DNA of 46,051 nt, filler included, from Sphacelaria rigidula (Eukaryota): the NCBI GenBank assembly GCA_964200075.2. It is 2 parts of 2 records of this genome, joined end to end, with 100 filler letters (N's around TTAATTAATTAA, not from the genome) between each part and the next. Parts side by side here need not be neighbours in the genome. Positions count along the whole stretch, not along the records: positions 1 to 22,978 come from CAXNAA020000295.1; positions 23,079 to 46,051 come from CAXNAA020000296.1. One strand, 5' to 3'. Numbering within the stretch: position 1 is the first letter of the stretch; the number at the start of each line of letters is the position of its first letter. The position numbers were made by a program, and so were the translations under genes. Below the pieces are notes generated by a model. The model did no database searches. It saw only the letters and a program-made list of their open reading frames with translations, and had not been told where the DNA came from. This document shows positions 13,595 to 25,074 of this stretch, piece after piece.

Positions 13595-15055
13595 TCAGCT
13601 CGCCACTAAACGGTATATCTGCACCGTCGAACCAATGCGACAAGCCATTGCCTCAACGGATACTTGGGCAGTACTAAACACCTGTGCTGCAGTCAGTTTT
13701 ACAGAGGAAACGAGAGGCGAAACGGGAACAGGAACAGCTACACAGTCCCGAACAGCAACGCCTCCTGATGGCACACTATCCTCCCTAAACACCCCGCGGC
13801 GAAACAGTGGAGACACCTCCGCCATCGCCGCCAAATACGCTAAAGCTGTCCATGTAAACAGCAGTGCACCCGACCACCCCAACACCACGCGACGCTCGTC
13901 GCCGTGAGAATTGTGATCGCTAACAGCATCACGAGCTTGCAGCTCGCTCTGCGTACCCGCTTCACGCCATTCACACGCCCCTGTTGTTTCGATCGTGCAG
14001 GACGTGTCCACAGCTACGCGCTGCTCCGGCGGCGATCCCACCAACCCGGCATCCACCTGTCCTTCAAGCAGACCCCTGCGAATGATCTGAACGATCTCCC
14101 GCCATGTCACTGGAGCAGATAGATTCACCATGAGCACGGCAGGCCCTTCGCTCACCCTGCTCGTTCGCAATACGCGAATAATACCCCCCTGCAGCTCCGA
14201 GCATACAAGGAGTATCTCCAGCTACGCGCTGGTCCGGCAGCAACAAGCAACCAGGGCCTTCGCCTCTCAGCGCTAGTTCATCGGAGCAAATTTGCTTTGC
14301 GTTTCCAACAGCAGCGGCAGCAGCGGCGGGATCAAATATCCCCGCTTCAGCCACCACCTCCTGCTCAGCGCACTGCTGAACGGCAACAGCGGCAGCTGAG
14401 CTGCCCGCAGTCCGCTCGAGCTGCGTGGCATGTTTGCCCTCTCCAACAGCAATACCAGCAGCATCCAAACCAATGCTTACCGTGGTACTGTCGGTGCACC
14501 CTCATGCCTACCCGCTTTGACAGACACGTGGTGTGTCTCCTTCCCGCTCTGCATAGCGGAATCCGCTACCCTGTATCGTTGCTTAAGACGCGCACTACCG
14601 ACTGCACGCTCGGCAAGTGCACTATCGTGCCTGTCCCCTCGGGCAGACACATGTTTCTCGGCTTTCACAGTGCCATGCACCCCATTCGAAGATGCATGCT
14701 TGCGCAAAGCGAAAAGCAGCTGCTCGTTCTCAACATCATGGGCATGGTTCAAGAACGTGTCACGCAGAAATTTCGCAAAATGTTTCGGCATGAGATCAGA
14801 AACTGCTGCCACCTCGAAGGGGTTTGTCCACCGCGCGTTCACCTGATCGACATCTCGCAAATATTGCTCGCATTTGCGTAACACCTCGGCCGATTTCTCG
14901 CTCGAAAACTTGCGGCCGTAGTACGGCATCTCCAGCGCCAGTACAGGAACAAAACTACCATCGACGATGACATATTCCTGCGCCTCATCCATTTCGGTCA
15001 GCAGTACAGCACTCCACACCGCCTTTTTTTCAAAACGAAGTCGTCTCCCACTCAC
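13595..15055 (-). pseudogene. Frameshifted ORFs at the gag position of the LTR element
   Basis: Consecutive minus-strand ORFs 15055-14477, 14468-14064 and 14170-13595 downstream of the 5' LTR; no domain positively recognised. Confidence 0.45.
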
Positions 15056-15491
15056 AGGAACAACAACTCTCTCCTTACACCGAGACGCGGTACAACGTTA
15101 CAACGACGACCACACACGCCTCTTCTTCACGCGGTTCTCACAGCGTCTTGAAGTCCTTAGACTCCTCTTCCTGACCGTACCTGGTCAAGCGTGGAACAAG
15201 CAACTCTCGCTGGCTCCACCAGGCAGTAATTGCGCCCCTTTCTGGAACGCTCACGGGCTCGCCAGCTGTCGATCAACCCCCCGCACCTCACGCACGAGCG
15301 ATACCACAGCCCGCTGTAGCACTGCCTCAGAACCTCCTCTGCTCGACTTCTTCAACTCCCTGCGACGTTAACACGCCTTGAGCTGGTCTTGTTTGCTGCA
15401 AACTGATCGGGCCTGCAGACTTCCCTATCTTGAAGTGTCAGTTGCTTTTCAGCGGACCCACTGCCTTTCAGCGGACTTAATGAACGTTCTT

Positions 15492-15752
15492 TATGGACTT
15501 CTGTCACTCAAGATCAGATCGCCATGTGGACTCCTTCCCTCACGGGCGCATGGACTTGAGCAGCTTTAATTATTCATGAATTCACCCTCAGCATAGTACA
15601 GGAAAAGAGGACCATAGCCTCTCTCCACCAGAGTAGCAAAACCAAGCGTGCTCGTCATGGAGGTCACCTGTCGCAGAGTCCGGCAATCAGACCCGCAACT
15701 CCACGTACACAATGTCCCTAACCTTAGGTAACACTGGTGGCTAGAGTCTACA
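15492..15752 (-). repeat. 5' LTR
   Basis: Direct repeat of 11525-11785; plus-strand ends TATGGACT...AGTCTACA. Confidence 0.88.
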
Positions 15753-17093
15753 ATCTTGACACAATAGGGTGACTGCCGGGTGGTCCCCCTCGTCCTTCCC
15801 CTCTGTAAATTTAAAATGATGAGACACCCATGAGGCAGTGTATAAGCCGTGGCTGTCTCTGGCAGTGATGATACAAGAATATGAAGCAACTTATTGCAGG
15901 CTGTCATTCAAATGCAAGATAATCAGTACGCATCGGACCGAACAATCTCAGCAGGATGCAAGCTCGCCCTTCATGAGATTCGCCGAACACACCACGGCGC
16001 TTCGTGCTTGGTGATTGAGAGCGAGCCTGGTTCGGCGAAAAACCGGCGTGCTCCGTCCCGGCTCTGTAGTGATGCGAGGTCAATGGTCTTGTGACTATGG
16101 CATGCATAGTCATGAGTACCCCCCCCTCCCCCCCTCCAACCCCCCAGGAGTAGCAGAAAATATTTTCAGGAAAGGCAAGGCTTACCCAGCGAATCATAGA
16201 GATAACGGTACTGAGCACCGTAGGGAAAACGCTCTGCAAGATTCTGAACGATAGAGTGGGAACGGCGCTGGAGAAGAAATAAAAAATGAGTGAGGGGCAA
16301 TAGTTTTCAGATTGAATCGTAGCTGCGTAGACCATGTGTACACATGAGGTAAGATTATTCAAGGTAGGAAGGACGCATAGCAAACAGCGTACTTCTTCTT
16401 CTAGATGTACGACTGGTCAATCGCACAATATGGAGAAATGGGCTGTGGGGGAAATGTGGGTACTGGGATCAGAAAAGGGTGTAGAGAATGCTTAGAAATA
16501 TGATAAAAATGTGCGGGAAGGGCTATGATCCTAGACGGGGACATGTCGAGATAAGTTTGTATTTTACAGGGAGTTTCACATGAATGTACGTTATCACCCA
16601 CTTCATTCAAAGTATTTATCACTGACGTGGTAATAGCAATAAAATCAGCAGAGCAACGAGTTGAGGTGGGGGAGGATACGGTATCGGAAGTGATGTTCAC
16701 GAATAATTTCGTGGGGAGATCAGAAATAACAGAAGAATTGCAATAAACAGTAGAGGAGGCGCTAGAGTACACTAAGAAATGGAGAGTGACAGCGAACGTA
16801 AACAAACGCGTGGTACTTGTACATAATGAAGACAAGGAGAACCCCGTAGAGTACAAATGATTGTGGGAAGAAGAGGAATTGCCGGTCGTAGGCCAGTGTG
16901 GATACCTCGGCGTAGAGATGTAAAAAAACGTTTCTTGGAATGCACACATATTTCAGATGAAGTAATGAAGAAGGATAAGACACAGATAGGGAAGATGGAC
17001 GTGATCCTAAGAGACTCGCACCACGATGCTGGGATTAAGAGATGTATACTGAGGAACGCGATTGTGACGAAGCTGAAACGTTGAGGAGAAGTA

Positions 17094-17345
17094 AAGTCAT
17101 GCTACGAGAGGGTGGGGGGTATTTTGGGCCATTTCTTCCATGAAGTCCCATTTCAAATCATTGTTCAAAGTAGCAACGGTTGTTCGAACGCGCTCGTTAC
17201 CGATCAATAGCGCTCGTTTATACTGCTTGACACCGTTTTTGCCCAAATACAAGCGCACCACGGGTGGGTTAGATCGTATGACACACCTGTGGGCCCTATG
17301 TTTCGTGGAAACAAGCATTTCTTCCCCCCTATCGTAGTATGACTC
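17094..17345. mobile_element. MITE nested in the LINE, 4-bp TSD AGTA
   Basis: Ends AAGTCATGCTACGAGAGGG and CCCTATCGTAGTATGACTC; AGTA at 17090-17093 and 17346-17349. Confidence 0.8.
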
Positions 17346-17349
17346 AGTA

Positions 17350-17445
17350 TGGGAAGGGAATACGAAGTTGTGGAAATAGCTGGAAGGGAGCGCGAAGTTG
17401 TTCAAGCTTCTGGAAGGGAACGCGAACTTGTTGAAACAGCTAGAA
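17350..17445 (+). repeat. About 3 copies of a 30-bp tandem repeat within the LINE
   Basis: GGAAGGGA..CGAAGTTGT...CT recurs three times directly after the MITE. Confidence 0.7.
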
Positions 17446-20400
17446 GTAGTACAGGTGGCAGCAGCCACGGAAATACTTGAACACTGACAAACGACAAGTA
17501 ATACAGTGTTGAGAGCAGAATTGCAGATATACCCACTTGAAATTAATGAAGACACATGAGAAAATTGAAATGAAGATATAATGTAAGGAACGCGTCAATA
17601 AACAGATTACTAGCCAGAGTTGATTGGGTTGTACGGAAGGAAGTGACGAAACGGTAGTCTGGACAAATGTCCAACAGCATACTCAAGAAAGTATGGAAGG
17701 GAAGAGGAGGAAACCAAGACGAGATAATGTTCACAGTTGAATGAGGGCAGTGAAGCACCAAAGTAAGGAGACATGACCCTTATTTCGTTAGGCTTCATTC
17801 GAAGGACAACACATTACATCACGTCACTTTACATTTTCCCCGTCCTAAAAATCACACCTTACGTAGCACTGAATGATTCCAAGCGACTTTTTTTTCAAAT
17901 GTGTCACGTGAAAGTGTTACGTGTCACGTGTATAGCTATGGAAGTGAGGGAGAAACAAGCGCTGAGACGGAAAGTGAACGAGGAAGAGCACCTGAAGATA
18001 TACGGGGGGTTGGGAGAGGGGATAGGGATGAAAACATACCTGCGCGGCCCAATGGACTACGGGAAAAAGTTGAAAGCGCGATTTTCGGTGGGGGACGTGA
18101 ACCTACCAGAAATAAGGAGATACCAGTAACCGTGTAAGGAGGGAGTATATGCACTGATACATCCCTGTGAAAGCAATGGAAAGTAGTTGTTATTTGGTGG
18201 GAGAATGTAAACTATACACGGAGAAACGGGACGTGTAAGATGGGGAAGTGTGGGAAGTAAACGAAGGTAGCATGAACTCAGTAGGTATATTTAACTTGTT
18301 TGCAAAACATATTTACAAGAGGAATTTGGATGTTTCACGTTTGTTGTTTTTCTCTGACGATTTTTACGATTTACTAATTGAACGTACACACAGGTGAGCA
18401 CAGTTGTGATGCGACGGTTTTGAAGATTGTTCATATTTTGATTCCAGCTCTCATCTTAGGATATTTCGATTTTTAGAGGCTGACGACCCGTTCTGAAAAT
18501 GCGATTTACCGAGTTCATCGATTTCCGACCGGAAAGCAAAAATGAGCCGGTCTGTTGGCATCCCGGATGCGCACGTGACCGAATTATTCCACCTCACATT
18601 TGTCGCCACCATATCGTCATAGTGACACCAGCGAAGTATTCTTCCTCAACAGGGCCATTTCTTTTTGTTCACGTGTCTCGTGTTTCCCTCCATGTTTGTC
18701 GCAACCCACAATCTGAAATTCCGCACACATGCGTACGCACGGATACAATACGAAGATCTGCTCATGAATGATGCTACGATAGGGTTGCACGTTTTGAGCG
18801 AAATTGTCTCTCGGGGTGTTGCACGGATCATTTTGAGAATTGGCATCATTTTCACTTGAAAAAGCCTGAAAACGATGCCAATTCACGAAAAGGCCCCTGT
18901 GTGCATCTCCATGTCCTGTCCCCGGATATTTGGGTTGCACGGTAAGCCCCATATATTTGGGCTCCTACAAAAACGAGACCCAGAAACAAAAAGTGCAACC
19001 CCTATGGTAACATTGCTCTCATTTTCAGTCTCAATTCTCATCTCACGGTGTACGCCTTACAAAAAAACGCCAAAAGTGTTCCGAACATAATCATGTCAGT
19101 GACGAGTTCTGTTCCGAGCGTGATTCCGTTTGGCGTTTGGCGTATACGGAGAGGTGCGCGCAGTTGTTTTTCCAACCTTTTGAGGAAAGTATAGGTGACA
19201 CGTGTTAATGGCTTCGTATAGACAGATTCGCTTGTGATCGCGAACAACCTGTACCGAACCTGACAAGGTGGGGGTGTGTCGCTCATTTCATCACCCCAAA
19301 TTGTCTTCACGGTTATCCACTTGCCGTGATAAAGAACGATCGATTTGATTTATCGATCGGTATGATTTCGCACATGGGCTCATCGTATACTGGATTATTC
19401 GTTGCGTGCGGCCACAAGAGAGACGTCGCCCGGGGACCCCAAATGGAAGCAGCACAAACAGAAAAAGCAGGCTTGACTTACGTGGGTCTAGAGTAGGCGT
19501 GTGTACATCAGTTGGAATATCAATGCCTTCGAGAAGAACTAAGATCCTAGTTTTTTCCCTTGTTTTTGAACTGTTGGCACAATACGTGATAACCGAGAGC
19601 AGACCATTACACGAGTTTGCTCGGCGTATGAGATGTACGCAGCCGAGTTTGGGGATAGACTCCAGAAACTGTTGCACCTACCGCAAGGGGTCACAACGTC
19701 GAGGCTTCACCTCCGCTCAAGACGCACCCACTCTGTGTGGTGCGCGGGGGATATCGAGCTTACACTATATATTTTGTAGGCGCCGCGACTCTGTGGTCAG
19801 GCGTCCTCTCATGAGCTCCAGCGAAGCGATGAAGCGAGGTCTCAAGGTTCGAAGAAAGGTTTCTGTAACAGTACCTTCGTCTGCATACGATGATACGATG
19901 CTGCAGGTACCTATGAAGGACTTGGAACGGGCTTGGATGTTCACCGCCAGCTTTCAGACCTCAGTCGTCGCCGCAAAGCAAATGGAGAACGTAATCGGAG
20001 CGCTCACCGCGAACCGCGACTTTCTCAAGGAGCTGCAGCACGAAGTCGACGGGAAGGTATGGATGCTTAGATTTTGACCATTTAACCCTCTGACTGCGAG
20101 GGTAGGTCATTTGGGTGATGTTTTACTGTTGAAAGTGAACTTGATACTGATTCAGCAGACGATCTATCTATGCTGGCGTTCAAGGGATCAAACGCCCGGA
20201 CCCCTCGTTGAGCAGTTGACGGACAGGCTTCGAGGAGAGGGAGGAGTGGGAGTAATTGTTTTTGAAAGATACAATTATACAACACCAACACCGAAGAGTC
20301 CGATGCCCCATATATGCCTACCGTCATACTTATACGTTCGAAGACCATGGCAAGTACCGTATTGCCATGCCAGTAGTTGTACTTTTTGATGATTGTGGTG

Positions 20401-20610
20401 TTTGCATCAGTTGGCAGCGCATGTGGTCATGCGTGTAAGATTGTTTTTGCCGCCAAAGTCACAGTGGTACTCGTAAAGGAGAGCCCCCTCCCTGTCATAC
20501 AAAAGCTGCCGCATGTCTCCATGACTAGCACGCTTTGTTATGTACCATTTCTGTTTATTGGCTATGCTCATGTAACGTCCGTGTGCGCGTACAACACCAT
20601 TCTCCCGAAC

Positions 20611-21053
20611 AACACGGGATCTTACAAATTGGGGATGGATCTTTTATTGGGGATGAGAAACCGGAGAATTCAAATCTTCGTATCCACACCAAATCTTCGA
20701 AATATGATTCTATTTCTTCACCTACTGATAGCTATTGACAACTGCTACACGCCATAGAAATTTGAATTTTGATCACCGAAATGTTGGGGTCCTAGGTGGA
20801 AAACCAATTTTGGGGAATTCCGGGTGTCCGAACGGACGCCGAAGTGGTTCCAAGATTGGTTTTTCACCTAGGACCCCAACATTTCGGTGATCAAAATTCA
20901 AATTTCTATGGCGTGTAGCAGTTGTCAATAGCTATCAGTAGGTGAAGAAATGAAATAATATTTCGAAGATTTGGTGTGGATACGGAGATTTCTATACTTC
21001 GGGTTTCTCCTCCCCAATAAAAGATCCATCCCCAATTTGTAAGATCCCGTGTT
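20611..21053. repeat. 443-bp near-perfect palindrome (foldback element)
   Basis: Arms 20611-20830 and 20833-21053 are reverse complements around GTCCG-AA-CGGAC; ORFs on both strands share STPNLRN...FLHLLIAIDNCYTP. Confidence 0.92.
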
Positions 21054-21647
21054 AAACCCTGACGGAAGGGTAACGGGCGAACTATGGACACATACACCAC
21101 GGGCGTTGGAATAGGTGATTTGCGCTACGATGGAGAGATGATGGCGATGTGCCACAGATCCAATGCGCGAGGCATTTGAAAAGACATGCATTTCTCCTGC
21201 AGTTGCATGACATTACAGCCGTTGAGTCCACATGCAATCCAACCACCTCCTCACTATGTGACCACTCCTATCGAATGACATCTCGGCCCCCGTTTACATT
21301 CACCTCCGGTCGGGTTCTTCATTGCACGTGACTGAGTGAAATATATCTTCCCTTCCTAGTTTAAAGATTCCCTGCCCGATCGTACCGATTCATGAGTGGT
21401 CACGTTCTACGACGGCTGTTCCCACGCGCTCGACATGCCTTGGAACAGGATTTGACGCTCAAGTCGGTGTGTGACGAGACGCAGTTCCCTCTGCTGGATA
21501 GCTTCCACTGGGAGATCGCCCGCATGTTTCCTGCCCCACCGTTCTACGTCAAGGTTTGCAATTGCTACGCCTTCGTGTATACCTCATCTGCGTATGGACT
21601 TGACCCTTGGGGTCATGAATTGATGAGCCATATTTCGCAGCATGAAT

Positions 21648-22104
21648 AACACTATATTCGTGAGATTCAGAGTGTAACATCGGATTCAGAGTGAGACCCG
21701 AAACCATTGACTTTCCCGTCGAGTTTGACATTGCCATAATTCGAGGAGTAATGCGCCCAGCTGGTGAAGCGGTGGCTTCGATGAAGGCTGTCACCTACTC
21801 GATCAATTTGACACATCACTTGATCGCAACGACGTAGTCAGCCAATTGCAACAAAAGATCTCCTCTTTCAGGAAAAACCGATTAGTGCCTGAAACAGTTT
21901 CAGTTCCGAAATATCACCCCAGGCGTAGAAATGCTTTGTGCGGTATCTCATCAACCAGACCGCCGAATTCCTCGAATGGGATACTGTACGGTAGCTGCAT
22001 GCACAGGACGTGTGCTCAAGCAAAACAACAAAGTGCCTGTAAGGAACGCTAGAGCATCCACTCTGAATCCGATATTACGCTCTGACTCTCGCGAATATGG
22101 TGTT
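21648..22104. mobile_element. MITE with ~46-bp TIRs and 5-bp TSD TGAAT
   Basis: Ends AACACTATATTCGTGAGATTCAGAGTG and CGCTCTGACTCTCGCGAATATGGTGTT; TGAAT at 21643-21647 and 22105-22109. Confidence 0.78.
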
Positions 22105-22831
22105 TGAATATGTTTCTGGAAGCGTTGATTGATTTGATTTTGATTTTGATTGTCGCACTTCAACTGACCCCCCCGGGGTCCAGCCGTGGTCTCAGGTTCA
22201 AAACTCCGAACTGGTATACCTCCAAGACAATGATGCTTCATAAAGATGAGTAAAACCACTCGGTTACACCCTGAAACAATATCAGCAGCCTGTCACGCAA
22301 CCTGCAAGCAGTGCCTGACAGACTTCTAGAAACGGTTGGCTCACCTCTGAACTCTGAATCGCACGTCTATTGAGCCTTCTGTGGCGAACGTAGATAGTAC
22401 AAGGTTCCGGCGGCTTCCGCTGCCACGCTCAGTAGGTTGATTTGAAGATACTTGATGACTACATGAAGGTATATCGTTCTTCACTCAGTCCCCATCATAT
22501 TACAGAAAAGGAACCCCAGCCTCCTGTGTCACGAAGGTCCCCTCTGTTTGTTGTATATGCACTAAACTAACGCTTCTGCACGTACTAACATAACGTCCGC
22601 GGTGCTCGAGCTGCGTTGGGGGGTAACGCTGTATTCGGGTCACTGTTACTCTTTGAGCGTCACGGGGGGTTATCTGGGTCGGTATCGTACTCTCTCTTCG
22701 AGTGAAGATAACGTCGATTCAGCCGATGAATCAGCCGCCCTGTCCTGGAATTTCGACTCTTTGATCGCCAGAATGGGTCATCTGCTAAAGTGGCATCAAT
22801 TTGACTTGAAACTAACAACACTTTCCGCTGA

Positions 22832-22978
22832 GCCCCGGTGGTGTAATGGTCCGACTGTCGCCATTAGGGTGGAGAGAACGGGGGTTCGATTCCTGATGCG
22901 TTTTTTTTTTTTCGTAATGTATGATTTTCACCGTGGAAAGCGTGAGAACGTGAGTAAATAAACCAGTCGACTGGGTTT
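22832..22978 (+). mobile_element. tRNA-headed SINE-like repeat, copy 2 (runs into an assembly gap)
   Basis: TGGTGTAATGG and GGTTCGATTCC, followed by a T-run and a body shared with copy 1. Confidence 0.65.
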
Positions 22979-23078
22979 NNNNNNNNNNNNNNNNNNNNNN
23001 NNNNNNNNNNNNNNNNNNNNNNTTAATTAATTAANNNNNNNNNNNNNNNNNNNNNNNNNNNNNNNNNNNNNNNNNNNN
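22979..23078. other. Scaffold gap with artificial linker TTAATTAATTAA
   Basis: 44 N, 12-mer at 23023-23034, 44 N. Two further 10-N gaps at 27758-27767 and 34468-34477. Confidence 0.95.
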
Positions 23079-24537
23079 GAAGTGCATTTCGGAACTGAAA
23101 CGATTCATGCACTGATTGACCGCTTTTCACTCTCAATCGTATCACCTACTCTCAATCTCACGAAAACACTGTTATATCCAGGTTTTCATCTATAATTGCG
23201 GATTGCAGCGGAGGAAAATGAAATGAACGAGTTCAAGACTGCGAACGGATTTAACAGTCCCGTGGCTGTTATTTTCAGCACGCGTAGTGTGAGAACTCGT
23301 TGGAGAAGGCGGTTACTGCCGCACGGCTATACTATGTACCCCCAGTGTGATGATGCCCCCCTCCCCCCGGGTGTAAGCCCGCATCACCTCAAAGGCCGTG
23401 TTTCATGGAAACCGAAAAAAGAAGCTGGAATAGGAACACGCGTCCAAACGTGGCATGTTGATTGGTCGCCGCAACCTTGGACCCGCCCGGCGACAAACTA
23501 AATCACTTCAACAGTGTATATGTGCTGTCGGGCCGTGTCTTATCAAATTGTTTACGACTCAAAAACGTACGGTGGAATCGTATTTGTTCGTACCTGATAC
23601 GTCCCCAGCATTCGTGTTCTCAACCATTTGAGAAACTAGATGCGGTGGACGAATCAGAAAATCACGAATTCTATTCGACCGCACGTTTTCGACACGAAAA
23701 CAATTCGACGACACGGCTTCAGCACCTGGAAATATAGAGTGATAACACGGCGAACGACGAATTCGAGCTTGTTCCTGAAACGATTCGAATATCATCATCG
23801 TTGGGTTGCGAAATAATACGCTCAGCAGGTGGGGCCGCCACTACAGTACCACCGAAGACCTTGGCAGTTCAAAAAGTACTTGAGCCTCAAAGTTTTCAAG
23901 TTTTCACAATGTAGGAATTGTACCGCAAATTGTTATACCTGAAGAAGAATCTCATACTAACACCAAAACTTACTTTCTGACTGTTTGAAGCCCACATAAG
24001 AAATAGGAACCCGAGCCTCACGCCGACTCACGCCAAATAATACTGGGTTCCAAATTTGTGGTGTTACCTGTACAGTTTCATGCATCGTCATTTGTTCGAA
24101 CCACTACGGGTCTGACCAATATTGAGACTTTAAAAAGTAGGTTCCTCCAGACTGCGAAGTCAAGTCTGGAACAGAAACGCCCCTTTACTTTAGCTTGACT
24201 ATCACTCCACTGAGACGTACTTTCGCTGTGTTCCCCACTCCGCTACACATTTCAATCGAACAAGTTGCATGATCATCAATTGTTTTGCAATGCTGAAGCA
24301 GGCGGGCGCATGTAAATACACTCAGCGGTCGTCTGCAGCTCAAAATTAGACATACTTTAAGAACCTTTCGACCACGGGTCTGAACAATCTCAATATCGAA
24401 ATACCGACGAAAATAACCAAGAACGATTCTGAGCCACCGGCCACGTCCCACTGTCACACCAACGTCGTCACTTCTCGACACCCTACACATCCGAAATAAA
24501 CTTGTGACCCTGCCTCGTAGCCGATAAAACTAAAATC

Positions 24538-25074
24538 ATGTCGCAAACCAAGGCACCAGGAGCACCAGCACCGGGCACCTTCTTGTTCACGTCAGAGTCT
24601 GTGAATGAGGGGCACCCTGACAAAATATGCGACCAAGTTTCCGATGCCGTACTGGACGCATGCCTTCGGGAAGATGAGACCTCGCGAGTGGCGTGCGAGT
24701 CCTGTACCAAGACGGGCATGGTGATGATTTTTGGAGAGATCACCACCAACGCGAACGTGAACTACGAGCAGGTCATCCGTGACGCAATCAAGGACATCGG
24801 CTACGACGACACCGCAAAGGGTCTTGATTACAAGACGTGCAACGTCGTGGTTGCGGTCGAGGAGCAGTCGCCGGACATCGCGCAGTCCGTTGATTCCACC
24901 AAGATCGAGGATTTGGGCGCTGGTGACCAGGGCATCATGTTCGGGTATGCCACGGATGAAACGGCATCGCTAATGCCGTTGTCCCACGAGTTGGCTACAC
25001 AGATTGGCGCTAGGTTGACGGAAGTGCGCAAGAAGGGCATCTGCGAGTGGTGCAGGCCTGACGGGAAGACGCAG
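24538..25074 (+). CDS. MAT: S-adenosylmethionine synthetase, coding exon 1 of 4
   Basis: ATG at 24538; motifs [41 protein letters not shown]; donor CAG|GTATGA at 25075, phase 0. Four exons total 1194 nt = 397 aa plus stop. Confidence 0.97.

Larger units (their letters stand above)
11525..15752 (-). mobile_element. Degenerate LTR retrotransposon, probably Ty3/Gypsy-like and non-autonomous
   Basis: Two 261-bp direct repeats (about 20 mismatches by hand alignment); ATCT on both sides (11521-11524, 15753-15756); purine-rich AGAGAGCTTCGGGGGTGC before the left LTR on the minus strand; broken minus-strand ORFs inside. Confidence 0.85.
16150..18290 (+). mobile_element. Degenerate, 5'-truncated LINE (ORF2 reverse transcriptase and C-terminal region); ends approximate
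   Basis: Hand translation gives LSTVGKTLCKILNDR, LQGVSHECTLSPTSFKVFI (QG motif), MFTNNFVG (decayed FADD), EYTKKWRVTANV; many stops and frameshifts. Confidence 0.85.

Noticed and set aside
13098..13907. 269-aa plus-strand ORF
   Set aside because: Ser/Thr/His-rich and antisense to the inferred LTR element orientation; treated as a shadow ORF.
1..21719. Giant 21.7-kb transposon bounded by the inverted repeats 1-72 and 21648-21719
   Set aside because: The repeats face the wrong way: 21648 is the left end of a small element with its own TSD, and 1-72 is the right end of another copy.
22832..22905. Functional tRNA gene
   Set aside because: The acceptor stem does not close, and the sequence continues into a dispersed repeat.
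23023..23034. TTAATTAATTAA palindrome inside Ns
   Set aside because: Scaffolding linker, not biological. Contiguity across this gap is uncertain.
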